Below, one piece after another: positions 41,350-50,855 of a stretch of DNA of 64,000 bases. This stretch comes from Nitrosopumilaceae archaeon (GTDB lineage Archaea > Thermoproteota > Nitrososphaeria > Nitrososphaerales > Nitrosopumilaceae). Below the pieces are notes generated by a model that made no database searches, was not told where the DNA came from, and saw only the letters and a list, made by a program, of their open reading frames with translations. A program made the translations under genes and the position numbers. The stretch is from assembly GCA_965208905.1 (NCBI GenBank), contig OZ242365.1:192001-256000 (forward strand). The letters are read 5' to 3'. The stretch's first letter is position 1. Each line of letters opens with the position of its first letter.

Positions 41350-42931
41350 CAGGTATCACGCCCTTCTCCACCAAAAACGCAACACTGGCCAAAAACTCGG
41401 CATCGCTGACCAGTCCATCTACCCACCATTGAGCCGTGCTTCGGACCCATGACTCTATATCACCGCCTGTATCAGATGAGACCGCATCAACCTGTATTAC
41501 ATCATTCTTAATTAAAAAGGCCATAGCCTGTACAAACGAATCATCATCTATATCACCTTCTGCCCACCACTGAACTGTATTACGGATCCAATCTGGTATC
41601 AAATCCATATTACCATTTGATGCGGTATTGAATACTATTGGTAGTGCTGCTGCCGCCAACTCGTTATCATCCACATTACTAAACTGTAAGAGGGCAGGTC
41701 CCTGTATATCCGAGGGCACATCAAATACAATACTTACAGGTTTATTCTCATCGGATACGCCACTCCCCGAGTACAGTATAACATCATCATCATATACTAC
41801 TTGTACATCGTATGGTACTGATACCACCAAGCTGCTGGGAAAGACGTGTGTTATGTTAAATGATGCTGTGTTTGATTGTCCCGATACAGGTCCGTCCGGT
41901 TCTAAATCGATTAGTATGCGGTACTGGCCATTGGTGGTCACCGAACTGTACACAGAGTCCAAAGACGGTTTGGCAGTGACTCTCATTACATCGATATCAT
42001 CGGTCTGCTCGTATAATCTAAACAGTTCACCCTGAGGTAGTACTAAATGCACTATCCTATAGTCCAAAAAGTAGTCATCTATAGTCACTATTCTAGGAGG
42101 CAAGTCAAGTCCGTTTATTTGAACATCAAAATCAGAGACCAAAAGTTCCCCAAAGGTTATGGGCACAGCAAACTCTACATGTACCACATCTATCTGATTT
42201 AATATATCCTCATCCCATTCAAAGGGCATCTCAAATGAGACGGTTCGCTGTGTGTCATCATATCTTATGTTATGTAATACATCATAGTACGTGACAAATC
42301 TCATGGTTTGTTCATTCCAGTATTGATCGTCTATCGTATGAAGAAACGTCATGGGTACAGTGACGGCGGAGTTAAACTGTAATGGTTCAGGTGGCGCATA
42401 TCCCTGAGATGACAGTATGGAGACATCCAGAGAATATAGGCCGCCATCAGCCAAAGCGGGCCCAGACATCATATACGTTACATCGCTTAAAATTCCAAAG
42501 AAGCCGCCAGAACTACGCTCATACAGTACGCCATCACCAGAGTCATCAGAGGTAAATTGTAGTTTTACGACACCATTATTTGCTTGAAACTCTTGCGCAA
42601 AGAGTTGGGTCTGTCCGCGTCGGGCATCGATGTATAATATAGTATCCCCTATAGGCTCTCTATTGTCATCGCGAATGAATGATACGGATACCAGAACTTC
42701 AGACTCTGTCTTTTCAGAGTCGACCATTACAGTGACTAGTTGATTGTTCATCAGTATGGGCGGTAACACCTCAGTACCAGTACCGTGTCCATGCGCCATA
42801 AAGTTTGGTGTCATAATGACGCATAATGCCATTATCATACATGGTATCCATATAGTCTTACACATACTGTATATTAACAAATCAAATGCTGATAAAAATC
42901 TCGCCATTCCCATGTCAAGGTCGTTGCGCAA
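41336..42931 (-). CDS. secreted/surface protein with two C-terminal IP.WIRN...WW..G.I.D repeats
   Basis: AHGHG after a hydrophobic leader (real start probably downstream of 42931); IPDWIRNTVQWWAEGDIDD and IESWVRSTAQWWVDGLVSD. Confidence 0.8.
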   Translation of the reverse strand: MRNDLDMGMARFLSAFDLLIYSMCKTIWIPCMIMALCVIMTPNFMAHGHGTGTEVLPPILMNNQLVTVMVDSEKTESEVLVSVSFIRDDNREPIGDTILYIDARRGQTQLFAQEFQANNGVVKLQFTSDDSGDGVLYERSSGGFFGILSDVTYMMSGPALADGGLYSLDVSILSSQGYAPPEPLQFNSAVTVPMTFLHTIDDQYWNEQTMRFVTYYDVLHNIRYDDTQRTVSFEMPFEWDEDILNQIDVVHVEFAVPITFGELLVSDFDVQINGLDLPPRIVTIDDYFLDYRIVHLVLPQGELFRLYEQTDDIDVMRVTAKPSLDSVYSSVTTNGQYRILIDLEPDGPVSGQSNTASFNITHVFPSSLVVSVPYDVQVVYDDDVILYSGSGVSDENKPVSIVFDVPSDIQGPALLQFSNVDDNELAAAALPIVFNTASNGNMDLIPDWIRNTVQWWAEGDIDDDSFVQAMAFLIKNDVIQVDAVSSDTGGDIESWVRSTAQWWVDGLVSDAEFLASVAFLVEKGVIPVDLD

Positions 42932-43086
42932 TGTATACGGTAAACTCCCAATTCATTGGGAAGCATCTCCCGTTGTAGGAGAGTCATACATAGAATTACT
43001 AGTAAATTTTGCCTATTTCAGGTATTAGTTCGTATTTGAGCAGGTTTGGCGCGCCCCGGGAGAACGCATTAAAATAATCAATGGTT

Positions 43087-44079
43087 TCACAGCCAATGAG
43101 GCAGTCTTAGGTATTCATCTAGGTTCTCGCCCCGCAACACTCGAAGCAGACCCTGTGCTTGTGGGGTAGACAGGACAGGCATATCAAACTTGTTATCTAT
43201 AGAGATTCGGGGACACGCCACCTGTATGAAAGCATCCACATTGTGAATATTCACGAGTCGGTCGTTGGTTATATCAGTGAGAGCAAACATCTCCACCTCT
43301 TTGCCCAACGACTCTAGTTCTTTTTTAAATTTTAGACCAACAGTTTTAGAGAGCTGCCCCTCTTTTAATCCCACAACAATACCAAATCGCTTAGCCTCGG
43401 CCGCTTTGTATATAGACAGTGTGGCCTTCTTGCGCAACAACTCTGCAAACTCAGATATCTCCCGAACCTCATTAAAATATGGATCAAGCACATATGTGGG
43501 TTTACCAGTGGAGAGTGCAACGCCAGCGGCATGAAAGTTGCTCTGTCCCAGAAATAGATACGAATCCACATCATTACAAAGTGATGTGGCAGGATAAAAT
43601 TCACATCCAAATACTTGTCCATCATTTAATTGCCCCTTGCCAGCGCCGATAACTGTCTTTATGCCGTGTTTTTGGAGAATTTCTACAACCTTCTGTATTT
43701 GGTGCAAATGTTGACTGTCAGTCACCACTGCTACAGTACCTGATTTTAAGAGTTGGGCGCATTTCACTGCCACCGAGTCAAACGAGACATCATCAAAAGC
43801 ATCTACCATTACGGTATTCCCAATAGTATCCATGGATATGGTGTGTCCTATGTTAAAGTGAATACCAGTTCCCAAAGTGCGAGCACTACTCTCATTAATA
43901 TCACAGCTGCCCCAGGTGGTATCAGCTATGACAAATGCAGGTATTCCAAACTTTTTGGTTATGTTTATTGCAGTCTTTTGTACCTGCGCAAGAATACCTT
44001 CAGGTCCGTTCAACGATACCGATTGGGGTCTTTTAGTGGATATTTCACGAAATATGTGCTCCTCATCGATGACTATCAT
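43087..44079 (-). CDS. dph2: diphthamide biosynthesis enzyme Dph2
   Basis: PEG, WGSCD, GH, GQVFGC, FH, K.GQ and ACPR.SID motifs. Confidence 0.93.
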   Translation of the reverse strand: MIVIDEEHIFREISTKRPQSVSLNGPEGILAQVQKTAINITKKFGIPAFVIADTTWGSCDINESSARTLGTGIHFNIGHTISMDTIGNTVMVDAFDDVSFDSVAVKCAQLLKSGTVAVVTDSQHLHQIQKVVEILQKHGIKTVIGAGKGQLNDGQVFGCEFYPATSLCNDVDSYLFLGQSNFHAAGVALSTGKPTYVLDPYFNEVREISEFAELLRKKATLSIYKAAEAKRFGIVVGLKEGQLSKTVGLKFKKELESLGKEVEMFALTDITNDRLVNIHNVDAFIQVACPRISIDNKFDMPVLSTPQAQGLLRVLRGENLDEYLRLPHWL

Positions 44080-44216
44080 GTAGACACCAATGTTGATTTT
44101 TAATTTAAACTAAGGGTTGAGGACATTAGAATTATACACTAAAGTTCACAGAACTACTTGTCTAGTTGTTTGATCATTAGTGACCGCCATGTGTAGCTGA
44201 ACGTCTCGGTTAGAAC

Positions 44217-44330
44217 TAAGCTGTTATAATGCCAAACTTCATCCTCAAAACTCCTATGAAACCGCTCCAACTTGCCATTGGTTTGTGAGTGGCGTGGTCT
44301 TGAGTTTATCAGTCCCACCCAAGTGAACCA
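44217..44330 (-). pseudogene. IS481-type (integrase-core) transposase remnant
   Basis: Minus strand reads LINSRPRHSQTNGKLERFHRSFEDEVWHYNSL, matching the P.HPQTNGK.ERF motif around the catalytic E. Confidence 0.8.
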
Positions 44331-44469
44331 ATAAACTATCAGTAGTGTAATGGGTTACTTCCAGTCTTATCAGGAGGCCAGATTAGCTCTGAATAGTCCA
44401 GGTATGCGTAAAATCACCATCAACCGCTTTCTAGAGAACCATATATTGCAATACTGTATAACGAATATC

Positions 44470-45786
44470 ATGCAAGAGATGCATGTGGGTCTTGATGACA
44501 CCGACTCAACAAAGGGTATGTGTACTACATTTTTGGCATATATAATAACAGAGAGACTCTTGAAAGACAGAGTCAAATTCTTGGAGTATCCAAAACTTGT
44601 ACGCCTAAATCCCAATGTACCCTGGAAGACAAGGGGGAATGGCGCCGTTGCACTACACTTTGCAACAGATGATGTAGAGCGCGTACGGCAACACATAACA
44701 GAGATGGTATTATTATATTCGGATTTACAGAATGGTGCAAATCCAGGTGTGGTATTTTTGGAGGGAGACAACATAACTTCACATATGAAAAGATTCAGTC
44801 AAGATGCATTACATAAAATTGTAAAGATATCTGATGCGCAGAGTATAATTAAGCAAGCTGGTGGCGATACACTCTCTTTGGGGACCGGGATGGGAATAAT
44901 CGGAGCTACTGCTGCCATTGCATATGACTTTAGAGACAGTACGGTAGAGATTATCACATATAGGAGAGATACCAACCTTGGGACGCAGCGTCACATAGAT
45001 CCCGACAGCGTACGAATGATGCAAGAGAAGACTTTTCCGTATACGTTCAATAGTTATGATGATGACTCTGGCCATGTATTGATAGCGCCTCGAGGGCCGG
45101 ATCCTGTCTTTTATGGAATAAGAGGAGAATATCCCAACATATTGCATAGGGCATCATCGATGATAATACATAAGGAAAGATTACGAGGACATATGATATT
45201 TCGTACGAATCAAGGTACCGGGGACCACCTGCAACATATCATAAAATCAGATGCAATGGAGCCGCATACATCTGGATGTGTACAAGGAGTGGTATCAAGT
45301 GAACCTCAAATCATACCAGGAGGTCACATGTGCTTTAACATACACAGTAAAGGTATATCCATACCTTGCTGGACATACAAGCCTACAAAACTTCCCCAAA
45401 AGTTATCAGGACTGATCTGTGGGGATCATCTCATTGTGGGCGGTGGCGTCAGGGCGGAATCAGTAGATCACTCCAGATCCATAAATATTGAAAATGTACA
45501 TGTGCAGAGGCTAGCTCCACATATCACATATAGAAATCCTCGTTGTGAAAGATGCAATAAAAGCATGAAATCAAAGGGACGCGGGCAACACTTCTGGTGT
45601 ATACGGTGCGGCGATAAGGCAGAGCACCGCCAACAGGTCTTTATTCCTAGAAAGATATCAGAGGGAGAGTACAGCGCCGTAATGACTGCGCATAGACACC
45701 TAACACGGCCACCTCAAAGACATAACAAGATAAACCGTATAACCTTTGAGCCAAATACAAACTGGGTCGCAGTTTATGAATACTGA
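44470..45786 (+). CDS. tiaS: tRNA(Ile2) 2-agmatinylcytidine synthetase
   Basis: GLDDTDS..GMCTT, LVRLNPNVPWKTRGNGA, GPDPVFYGIRG, TNQGTGDH, Zn ribbon, RHLTRP. Confidence 0.96.
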   Translation: MQEMHVGLDDTDSTKGMCTTFLAYIITERLLKDRVKFLEYPKLVRLNPNVPWKTRGNGAVALHFATDDVERVRQHITEMVLLYSDLQNGANPGVVFLEGDNITSHMKRFSQDALHKIVKISDAQSIIKQAGGDTLSLGTGMGIIGATAAIAYDFRDSTVEIITYRRDTNLGTQRHIDPDSVRMMQEKTFPYTFNSYDDDSGHVLIAPRGPDPVFYGIRGEYPNILHRASSMIIHKERLRGHMIFRTNQGTGDHLQHIIKSDAMEPHTSGCVQGVVSSEPQIIPGGHMCFNIHSKGISIPCWTYKPTKLPQKLSGLICGDHLIVGGGVRAESVDHSRSINIENVHVQRLAPHITYRNPRCERCNKSMKSKGRGQHFWCIRCGDKAEHRQQVFIPRKISEGEYSAVMTAHRHLTRPPQRHNKINRITFEPNTNWVAVYEY

Positions 45787-45876
45787 TAGCGGGGAGTAGA
45801 TTTGAACTACTGGTTTGCGGGTTATGAGCCCGCCGGGATGACCTAGTCCATAGTTGTCTGACTTCCCCACCCCGCT
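45787..45876 (-). tRNA. initiator tRNA-Met (CAT) with 15-nt D-loop intron (45843-45857)
   Basis: AGCGGGG/CCCCGCT acceptor stem (A1:U72), GCGGG-CTCATAA-CCCGC anticodon arm, AGTAG-TTCAAAT-CTACT T arm; extra 15 nt form a bulge-helix-bulge. Confidence 0.93.
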
Positions 45877-46367
45877 GATATTAGTGAGATGCACAGATAT
45901 ATCTATTTTTGGAAAACGTCCCAGAGTTACACCATATGCAAAGGGGGATGAGTTCATTTGCGACTGCCGGTCATCCTTGTCTTGTGTCGTTAGTCTCAGA
46001 GTCACCAATGTACGTCTTGCCCGCCTAGATGAGAGTACTGGCTCTTGCGCAAACGCAGGTGTCCCCTGGCTTGCATTATTACACGTCACACCAAAGAACG
46101 ACTGTACATGGAGCATCCCGTTCTCCGGTCAGTGCTTGATGGTTCATGGGGGGCCAATGCAAGAACCATAAGACACAGTATACAATATAGTCGATACACG
46201 GGGGCAGAGTCGCACATATTAGAGATCGGTCCCACTACCACCCGTTTTCAAAATGCCTCTCCAACCACCAGATGTAACTTGCCAGATATGTTTTAGTGAA
46301 TTACCCAGTGTTTATCACCATCCTAAACATGAGTGGTATATACTTATTGAACACAGCCGCTAATCAT

Positions 46368-47453
46368 ATGGTGGATAAGAGAGTACGTATCGCAGGCATA
46401 ATAGGGGCACTGGCTTTCTCTGCATGGGTACTGACATCACCATCAGATCCCCTACCCATACCAGCACCGTCTGGTGAGGGACCTGAAGACTCTGTAGTCA
46501 TATTGGCAGAAGATTTAGAGAGGCCAAGGCACATAGCTGTAATAGATGATTATGTATTTGTTACAGAGCGGGAAGGGCGTATACGATTGGTGGATAATGG
46601 GACACTACTCGAAAGGCCAGTAGCAGTACTGCGGCCTGTTGAGGACTTTGATATAGGACTCAGTGGCGTTGCAGTGCATCCAAACTATAACGAAAATGGA
46701 TTGTTATACGCATACATATCCTACAGAGAAGATGGCACACTATACAATAAAGTCATGAAGATAACGCTGGTAGAGAATAGATTGGTGGATGCCATACCAA
46801 TTATAGAGCATATACCGGGATCCCGATTCTCCAACGGTGGTGTAGTAAAGTTTGGGCCTGACGGTATGCTATACATAGGAACCGGTACACCTTCAGACTC
46901 ATCCCATCTACCTCAGGATATAGACTCGTTGGCTGGAAAGATACTGCGCATACATGATGATGGAGCCATACCAACAGATAATCCGTATAAAGATTCGCCG
47001 GTATACTCACTTGGTCATCGTAACATCAGAGGCATGGACTGGGACAGTACAGGAAGATTATACATATCCGAAGAGGGTCCTGACAAAAACGATGAGATAA
47101 GCCTCATAACACCCGGTGAAAATTATGGTTGGCCAGAGAGTGAGTGTTATGGTTCAGGTTATGCCAATGCCACAATATGTTATGATCCTGCCATAGAGCC
47201 AGGGGGCATAGCATTCTCAAATGGTGTCGCGGCTACATCAGGTCATCTGTTGTTGGCATCATTACGGGGCGGTGGGCTCTTTGAGATAGACGTAAATGAA
47301 GGTCTATCATCACAAAAAATTCTCTTAAGTGGTGTTGGACGCATTCGGGATGTGGTCCAGAGTGAAGATGGCACAATATACGTGATAACCTCAAATACAG
47401 ATGGTAAAGGATTTCCCGCCGAGAGTGATGATAGACTGCTGATGCTACGATAG
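46368..47453 (+). CDS. PQQ-dependent sugar dehydrogenase (GSDH family), membrane-anchored
   Basis: VTEREGRI, FGPDGMLYI.TG, LAGKILRI..DG.IP.DNP, GHRN, G.NYGWP, GRIRDV. Confidence 0.92.
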   Translation: MVDKRVRIAGIIGALAFSAWVLTSPSDPLPIPAPSGEGPEDSVVILAEDLERPRHIAVIDDYVFVTEREGRIRLVDNGTLLERPVAVLRPVEDFDIGLSGVAVHPNYNENGLLYAYISYREDGTLYNKVMKITLVENRLVDAIPIIEHIPGSRFSNGGVVKFGPDGMLYIGTGTPSDSSHLPQDIDSLAGKILRIHDDGAIPTDNPYKDSPVYSLGHRNIRGMDWDSTGRLYISEEGPDKNDEISLITPGENYGWPESECYGSGYANATICYDPAIEPGGIAFSNGVAATSGHLLLASLRGGGLFEIDVNEGLSSQKILLSGVGRIRDVVQSEDGTIYVITSNTDGKGFPAESDDRLLMLR

Positions 47454-47601
47454 CACAGGCCAGATGTGGTCTTGAATTATACTGGACAGTTGTAAAAGAC
47501 AACAGGTCAAGATGGCCTCCAATATCAAGGGGCGCCGGGCGCATACATTATCAGGTTCCTCCCGCAAAGTCGGGTGATGGTTGATGTGTTGTTGGATAGT
47601 G

Positions 47602-47608
47602 TTAAATA
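47602..47608 (+). promoter_or_regulatory. probable TATA box of tnpB (element 1)
   Basis: TTAAATA about 20 nt upstream of ATG 47628/47631, consistent with a leaderless archaeal mRNA. Confidence 0.45.
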
Positions 47609-47627
47609 CGTTATTAAACCGTACTAT

Positions 47628-49145
47628 ATGATGGCTCTTGTAAAAAATAGTAGGGCAATAACACGTACATACACAAAAAATTTGGGTATGCAGTACGTGT
47701 TTGAGCATGTCAGGAAGGTGGCAGAAGTGGCGTACATTATAGCAGATAACACGGGGAAGAATACCTATGGTGTTAACGCATTGATGTATCGTACAATGCG
47801 CGGCCCTGACCCCAAAGTACATTCGTCCATAACGCAGACCGCCATACGGGACGGGGTTGCCGCCCATAACACGTACAATACAAAGACTGCGCAGGGCATG
47901 AAGGTATCTGAGCCCGTGTTTCGCAATCCGGTTGTAAAGTTGAAAAACCAAAATTGGAGGCTGAATCCGATAGCGGGTGGATATATGACTATTGCAAATG
48001 TTGGCTCATCAAAACACCCACATATGATAGCAATTCCCATCTCTTCAGATGTGGTACGCCGCATAGGACAAAATGAGTTGGGCGAGTTGTGGATCACGCC
48101 GACCACATACACCATAACGTATTACAACAAAGTGCCCGAGGTTGACAAGCCCCACCCATACGGCAAGTCAGAGATTATCGAGTTGCTTACGGATGTGGGG
48201 TATGTGGGCGGCACACCAAAGGATGTAATTGGCGTAGATATCAATGAGAAGAACATCACCGTAGGAGATAAAGATACAATGGTACAGTTTGATCTATCCG
48301 ATACGATACAGGCCATTGAAGACGCAAAGACTGAGGATGCAAACAATACGTATACACGTACACATGATAATGCTGTATATGCGGCACGTACCGGAAGGCG
48401 TGTTGTATACAAGAAAGAGGAGGAGCGCAGAGAAAAACAACAAGTTGTGTGTGGCGGTCCCAAGTTACACAGCAAACTCAAACGCAGATACAGAAAACTC
48501 AAGAGGGAGGGCAAACACAAGAGGGCCGCGGAGATAAAGAAGCAGATGAATAAATGCATATTAAACATACAGCATAACCACACAAAGTCAAAGAAGAATG
48601 CTAAAAAGCGCAAGGTGGCCAAAGCCGTGCGCCATCATGAACATGTGCTGAATGTGATGGCACTATGCATCGCACAGTGGGCCGCACAGTCTGGGTGTTT
48701 GGTGGTGTTGGAGGATTTAACCCGCATATCGTATAATTGGCAGAAGGGTGGAAGGTTTGGACGTATGATGCGTCGCAGGTTATATTCTGCCATGATGCGA
48801 AAGGCATCGGATTTAATTTATGAAAAGTCCCGGTTTTTGGGAGTGGAGGCATTACATATGCGTCCACACAACACATCCAAGCTATGTGCTGCGTGCAGAA
48901 CCATACTAACTGGAACTTATCATAGAAAAGACTGCACCCGCTGCCATATAGTTGGCGTAGATCGTGACGTCAACGCAGTGGAGAATATACGGCGAACAAG
49001 TGCCGTATCCCGATATGGTCGTCAGGTTTCGGCCAGTCTGGGCGAAGTCCGTCGTGGTGTGGATGTAATCCTCGATCCCACACCACTCATACAGGGTTGC
49101 TGGAGCAACTGGGCTGACAGACTATCCCGCATAGCGGGGGTGTAA
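47628..49145 (+). CDS. tnpB: TnpB-family RNA-guided endonuclease
   Basis: RuvC-I VIGVDINEKN, RuvC-II VVLEDL, P.NTSKLCAAC...CTRC Zn finger, RuvC-III DRDVNAVENI. The ORF track start (47574) lies inside the TIR. Confidence 0.9.
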   Translation: MMALVKNSRAITRTYTKNLGMQYVFEHVRKVAEVAYIIADNTGKNTYGVNALMYRTMRGPDPKVHSSITQTAIRDGVAAHNTYNTKTAQGMKVSEPVFRNPVVKLKNQNWRLNPIAGGYMTIANVGSSKHPHMIAIPISSDVVRRIGQNELGELWITPTTYTITYYNKVPEVDKPHPYGKSEIIELLTDVGYVGGTPKDVIGVDINEKNITVGDKDTMVQFDLSDTIQAIEDAKTEDANNTYTRTHDNAVYAARTGRRVVYKKEEERREKQQVVCGGPKLHSKLKRRYRKLKREGKHKRAAEIKKQMNKCILNIQHNHTKSKKNAKKRKVAKAVRHHEHVLNVMALCIAQWAAQSGCLVVLEDLTRISYNWQKGGRFGRMMRRRLYSAMMRKASDLIYEKSRFLGVEALHMRPHNTSKLCAACRTILTGTYHRKDCTRCHIVGVDRDVNAVENIRRTSAVSRYGRQVSASLGEVRRGVDVILDPTPLIQGCWSNWADRLSRIAGV

Positions 49146-49290
49146 TCACCCGACTTTGCGGGAGGAACCCATTATCAAAGATGTTTGTAATGTATGAATG
49201 AAATTTACATATTTACAAGACCGCCATCGACCAGGCGTCAGCACACATAAAATAACAAATCTGTCATAGAGTTTTAATATAGACAAAAAA

Positions 49291-50457
49291 ATGATAAAAA
49301 GTGTGGAAAGCGTATGTGTTTTGGGTGCGGGAAGTACAAAGTATGGAAAGTTAGATGATAGCATAGTAGACATAACCGTACAGGCATCAGCAGATGCAAT
49401 AAACAGTGCAGGAATAGAGCCTGCCGACATAAAGGCCGGATACATATCCAATGTATTTGGCATAGCAGACAAACAAGTGCATCTAGGACCTGTAATTATG
49501 AGTAACCTTGGTATTTCAGACAGACCATCATTATCCATAGAGTCCGCATGTGGCAGTGGCTCTGTCTCGTTTAGGGAGGCATATGCCAATGTGGCGGCAG
49601 GATTCTACGACTGCCTATTGGTAGCAGGTACAGAGAAGGTCACCCACACCGGTACCGAATGGACTACCACGTACTTTGCATACTGCTCAGACTTCTTCCA
49701 TGAAGGGTCTGCAGGCGCATCGTTCCCAGGACTGTTTGCAGCCATGGCACGTGCCTACCTGACCGAATTTGGCGCCACCGAAGAGGACTTTGCGCAGGTT
49801 GCAGTAAAAAACCACAACAATGGAATACTCAATCCAAAGGCGCATTTGAGAAAGAAGATAACCATAGATGATGTTATGAAATCGGCCGTGGTAGCCAGTC
49901 CGCTCAAGCTGTACGACTGCTGTCCATTCTCAGACGGGGCCAGTGCCGTCATATTATGTACAGAAGAGTTTGCCAAGAAGACAGGCGGCGACTACATAAA
50001 AGTAACAGGATCCGGACGTGGAGGTTCGCCAGCAGCATTGCAGGGACGGGAGCACATTACAACAATTCCCAGTACAGTAATAGCATCAAGATCAGCCTAC
50101 AAGATGGCAGGTATAACTGCCAAAGATGTGGACTTTGCCGAAGTACATGACTGTTTTACAATAGCCGAAATAGTAGATACTGAAGATTTGGGATTCTTTG
50201 AGAAGGGTAAGGGTGTGGAAGCTGCTCGAGAAGGTAGAACCGCACTAAATTCAGACATATCAATAAACCCCTCTGGAGGTCTAAAGTCAAAGGGACATCC
50301 CATTGGTGCTACCGGTGTGGGGCAAGTAGTTGAGATGTATGATCAGTTAACAGGCCAAGCAGGTCCCCGGACCGTACATGATGCACATATAGGACTTACT
50401 CATAACTTTGGAGCCACCGGGGCCAGCTGCGCCGTCCATATCTTTGAAAGTGTTTAA
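49291..50457 (+). CDS. thiolase (acetyl-CoA C-acetyltransferase)
   Basis: ESACGSG, KNH.N...NP.A, DCCPFSDGA, EVHDCFT, NPSGGLKSKGHPIGATG. Confidence 0.95.
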   Translation: MIKSVESVCVLGAGSTKYGKLDDSIVDITVQASADAINSAGIEPADIKAGYISNVFGIADKQVHLGPVIMSNLGISDRPSLSIESACGSGSVSFREAYANVAAGFYDCLLVAGTEKVTHTGTEWTTTYFAYCSDFFHEGSAGASFPGLFAAMARAYLTEFGATEEDFAQVAVKNHNNGILNPKAHLRKKITIDDVMKSAVVASPLKLYDCCPFSDGASAVILCTEEFAKKTGGDYIKVTGSGRGGSPAALQGREHITTIPSTVIASRSAYKMAGITAKDVDFAEVHDCFTIAEIVDTEDLGFFEKGKGVEAAREGRTALNSDISINPSGGLKSKGHPIGATGVGQVVEMYDQLTGQAGPRTVHDAHIGLTHNFGATGASCAVHIFESV

Positions 50458-50458
50458 A

Positions 50459-50824
50459 ATGTCCACTCGTCAAAAATTTATTGATGCCGCCCAAAGTGGT
50501 AAAGTACTACTATTACAGTGCAAGAGATGTAATACAATGCATACATCTACGGTGTGTTTCTGCAAAAAGTGTGGCTTCTCAAAGTTTGAGGACAAGGTAG
50601 TTCAAGGGATTGGCAAGGTAGTCACATATACCATAATTACTGTTCCACCGGCGGGTTTTGAAGAGTATACACCCTATGCGTTTGTTGTTGTAAACCTTGA
50701 TGATGTAGACCAGCGAATATCTGGGTTCATGGGAGGGATCTCTACACCTGCAGATTTACCAGTGGGGTCTGCAGTCCGTGTATATGGATACGATGAGCGC
50801 GGTCTATTGATAAAGTTTCACTAA
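50459..50824 (+). CDS. DUF35 Zn-ribbon/OB-fold thiolase partner
   Basis: C.RC...C..CG, GKV.TYT.I.VPP.GF..Y.PY; directly follows the thiolase. Confidence 0.9.
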   Translation: MSTRQKFIDAAQSGKVLLLQCKRCNTMHTSTVCFCKKCGFSKFEDKVVQGIGKVVTYTIITVPPAGFEEYTPYAFVVVNLDDVDQRISGFMGGISTPADLPVGSAVRVYGYDERGLLIKFH

Positions 50825-50855
50825 CTTTATAAAATGATAAAGGATCATTCCTTGT

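Larger units (their letters stand above)
47554..49169. mobile_element. 1616-bp non-autonomous TIR element carrying only tnpB
   Basis: Perfect 25-bp TIR GGTTCCTCCCGCAAAGTCGGGTGAT (47554-78 / 49145-69); perfect 8-bp TSD CATTATCA (47546-53 / 49170-77). Confidence 0.93.

Noticed and set aside
45787-45876. CAT-anticodon tRNA abutting tiaS as its substrate tRNA-Ile2
   Set aside because: The A1:U72 pair and consecutive G-C pairs in the anticodon stem identify it as initiator Met.
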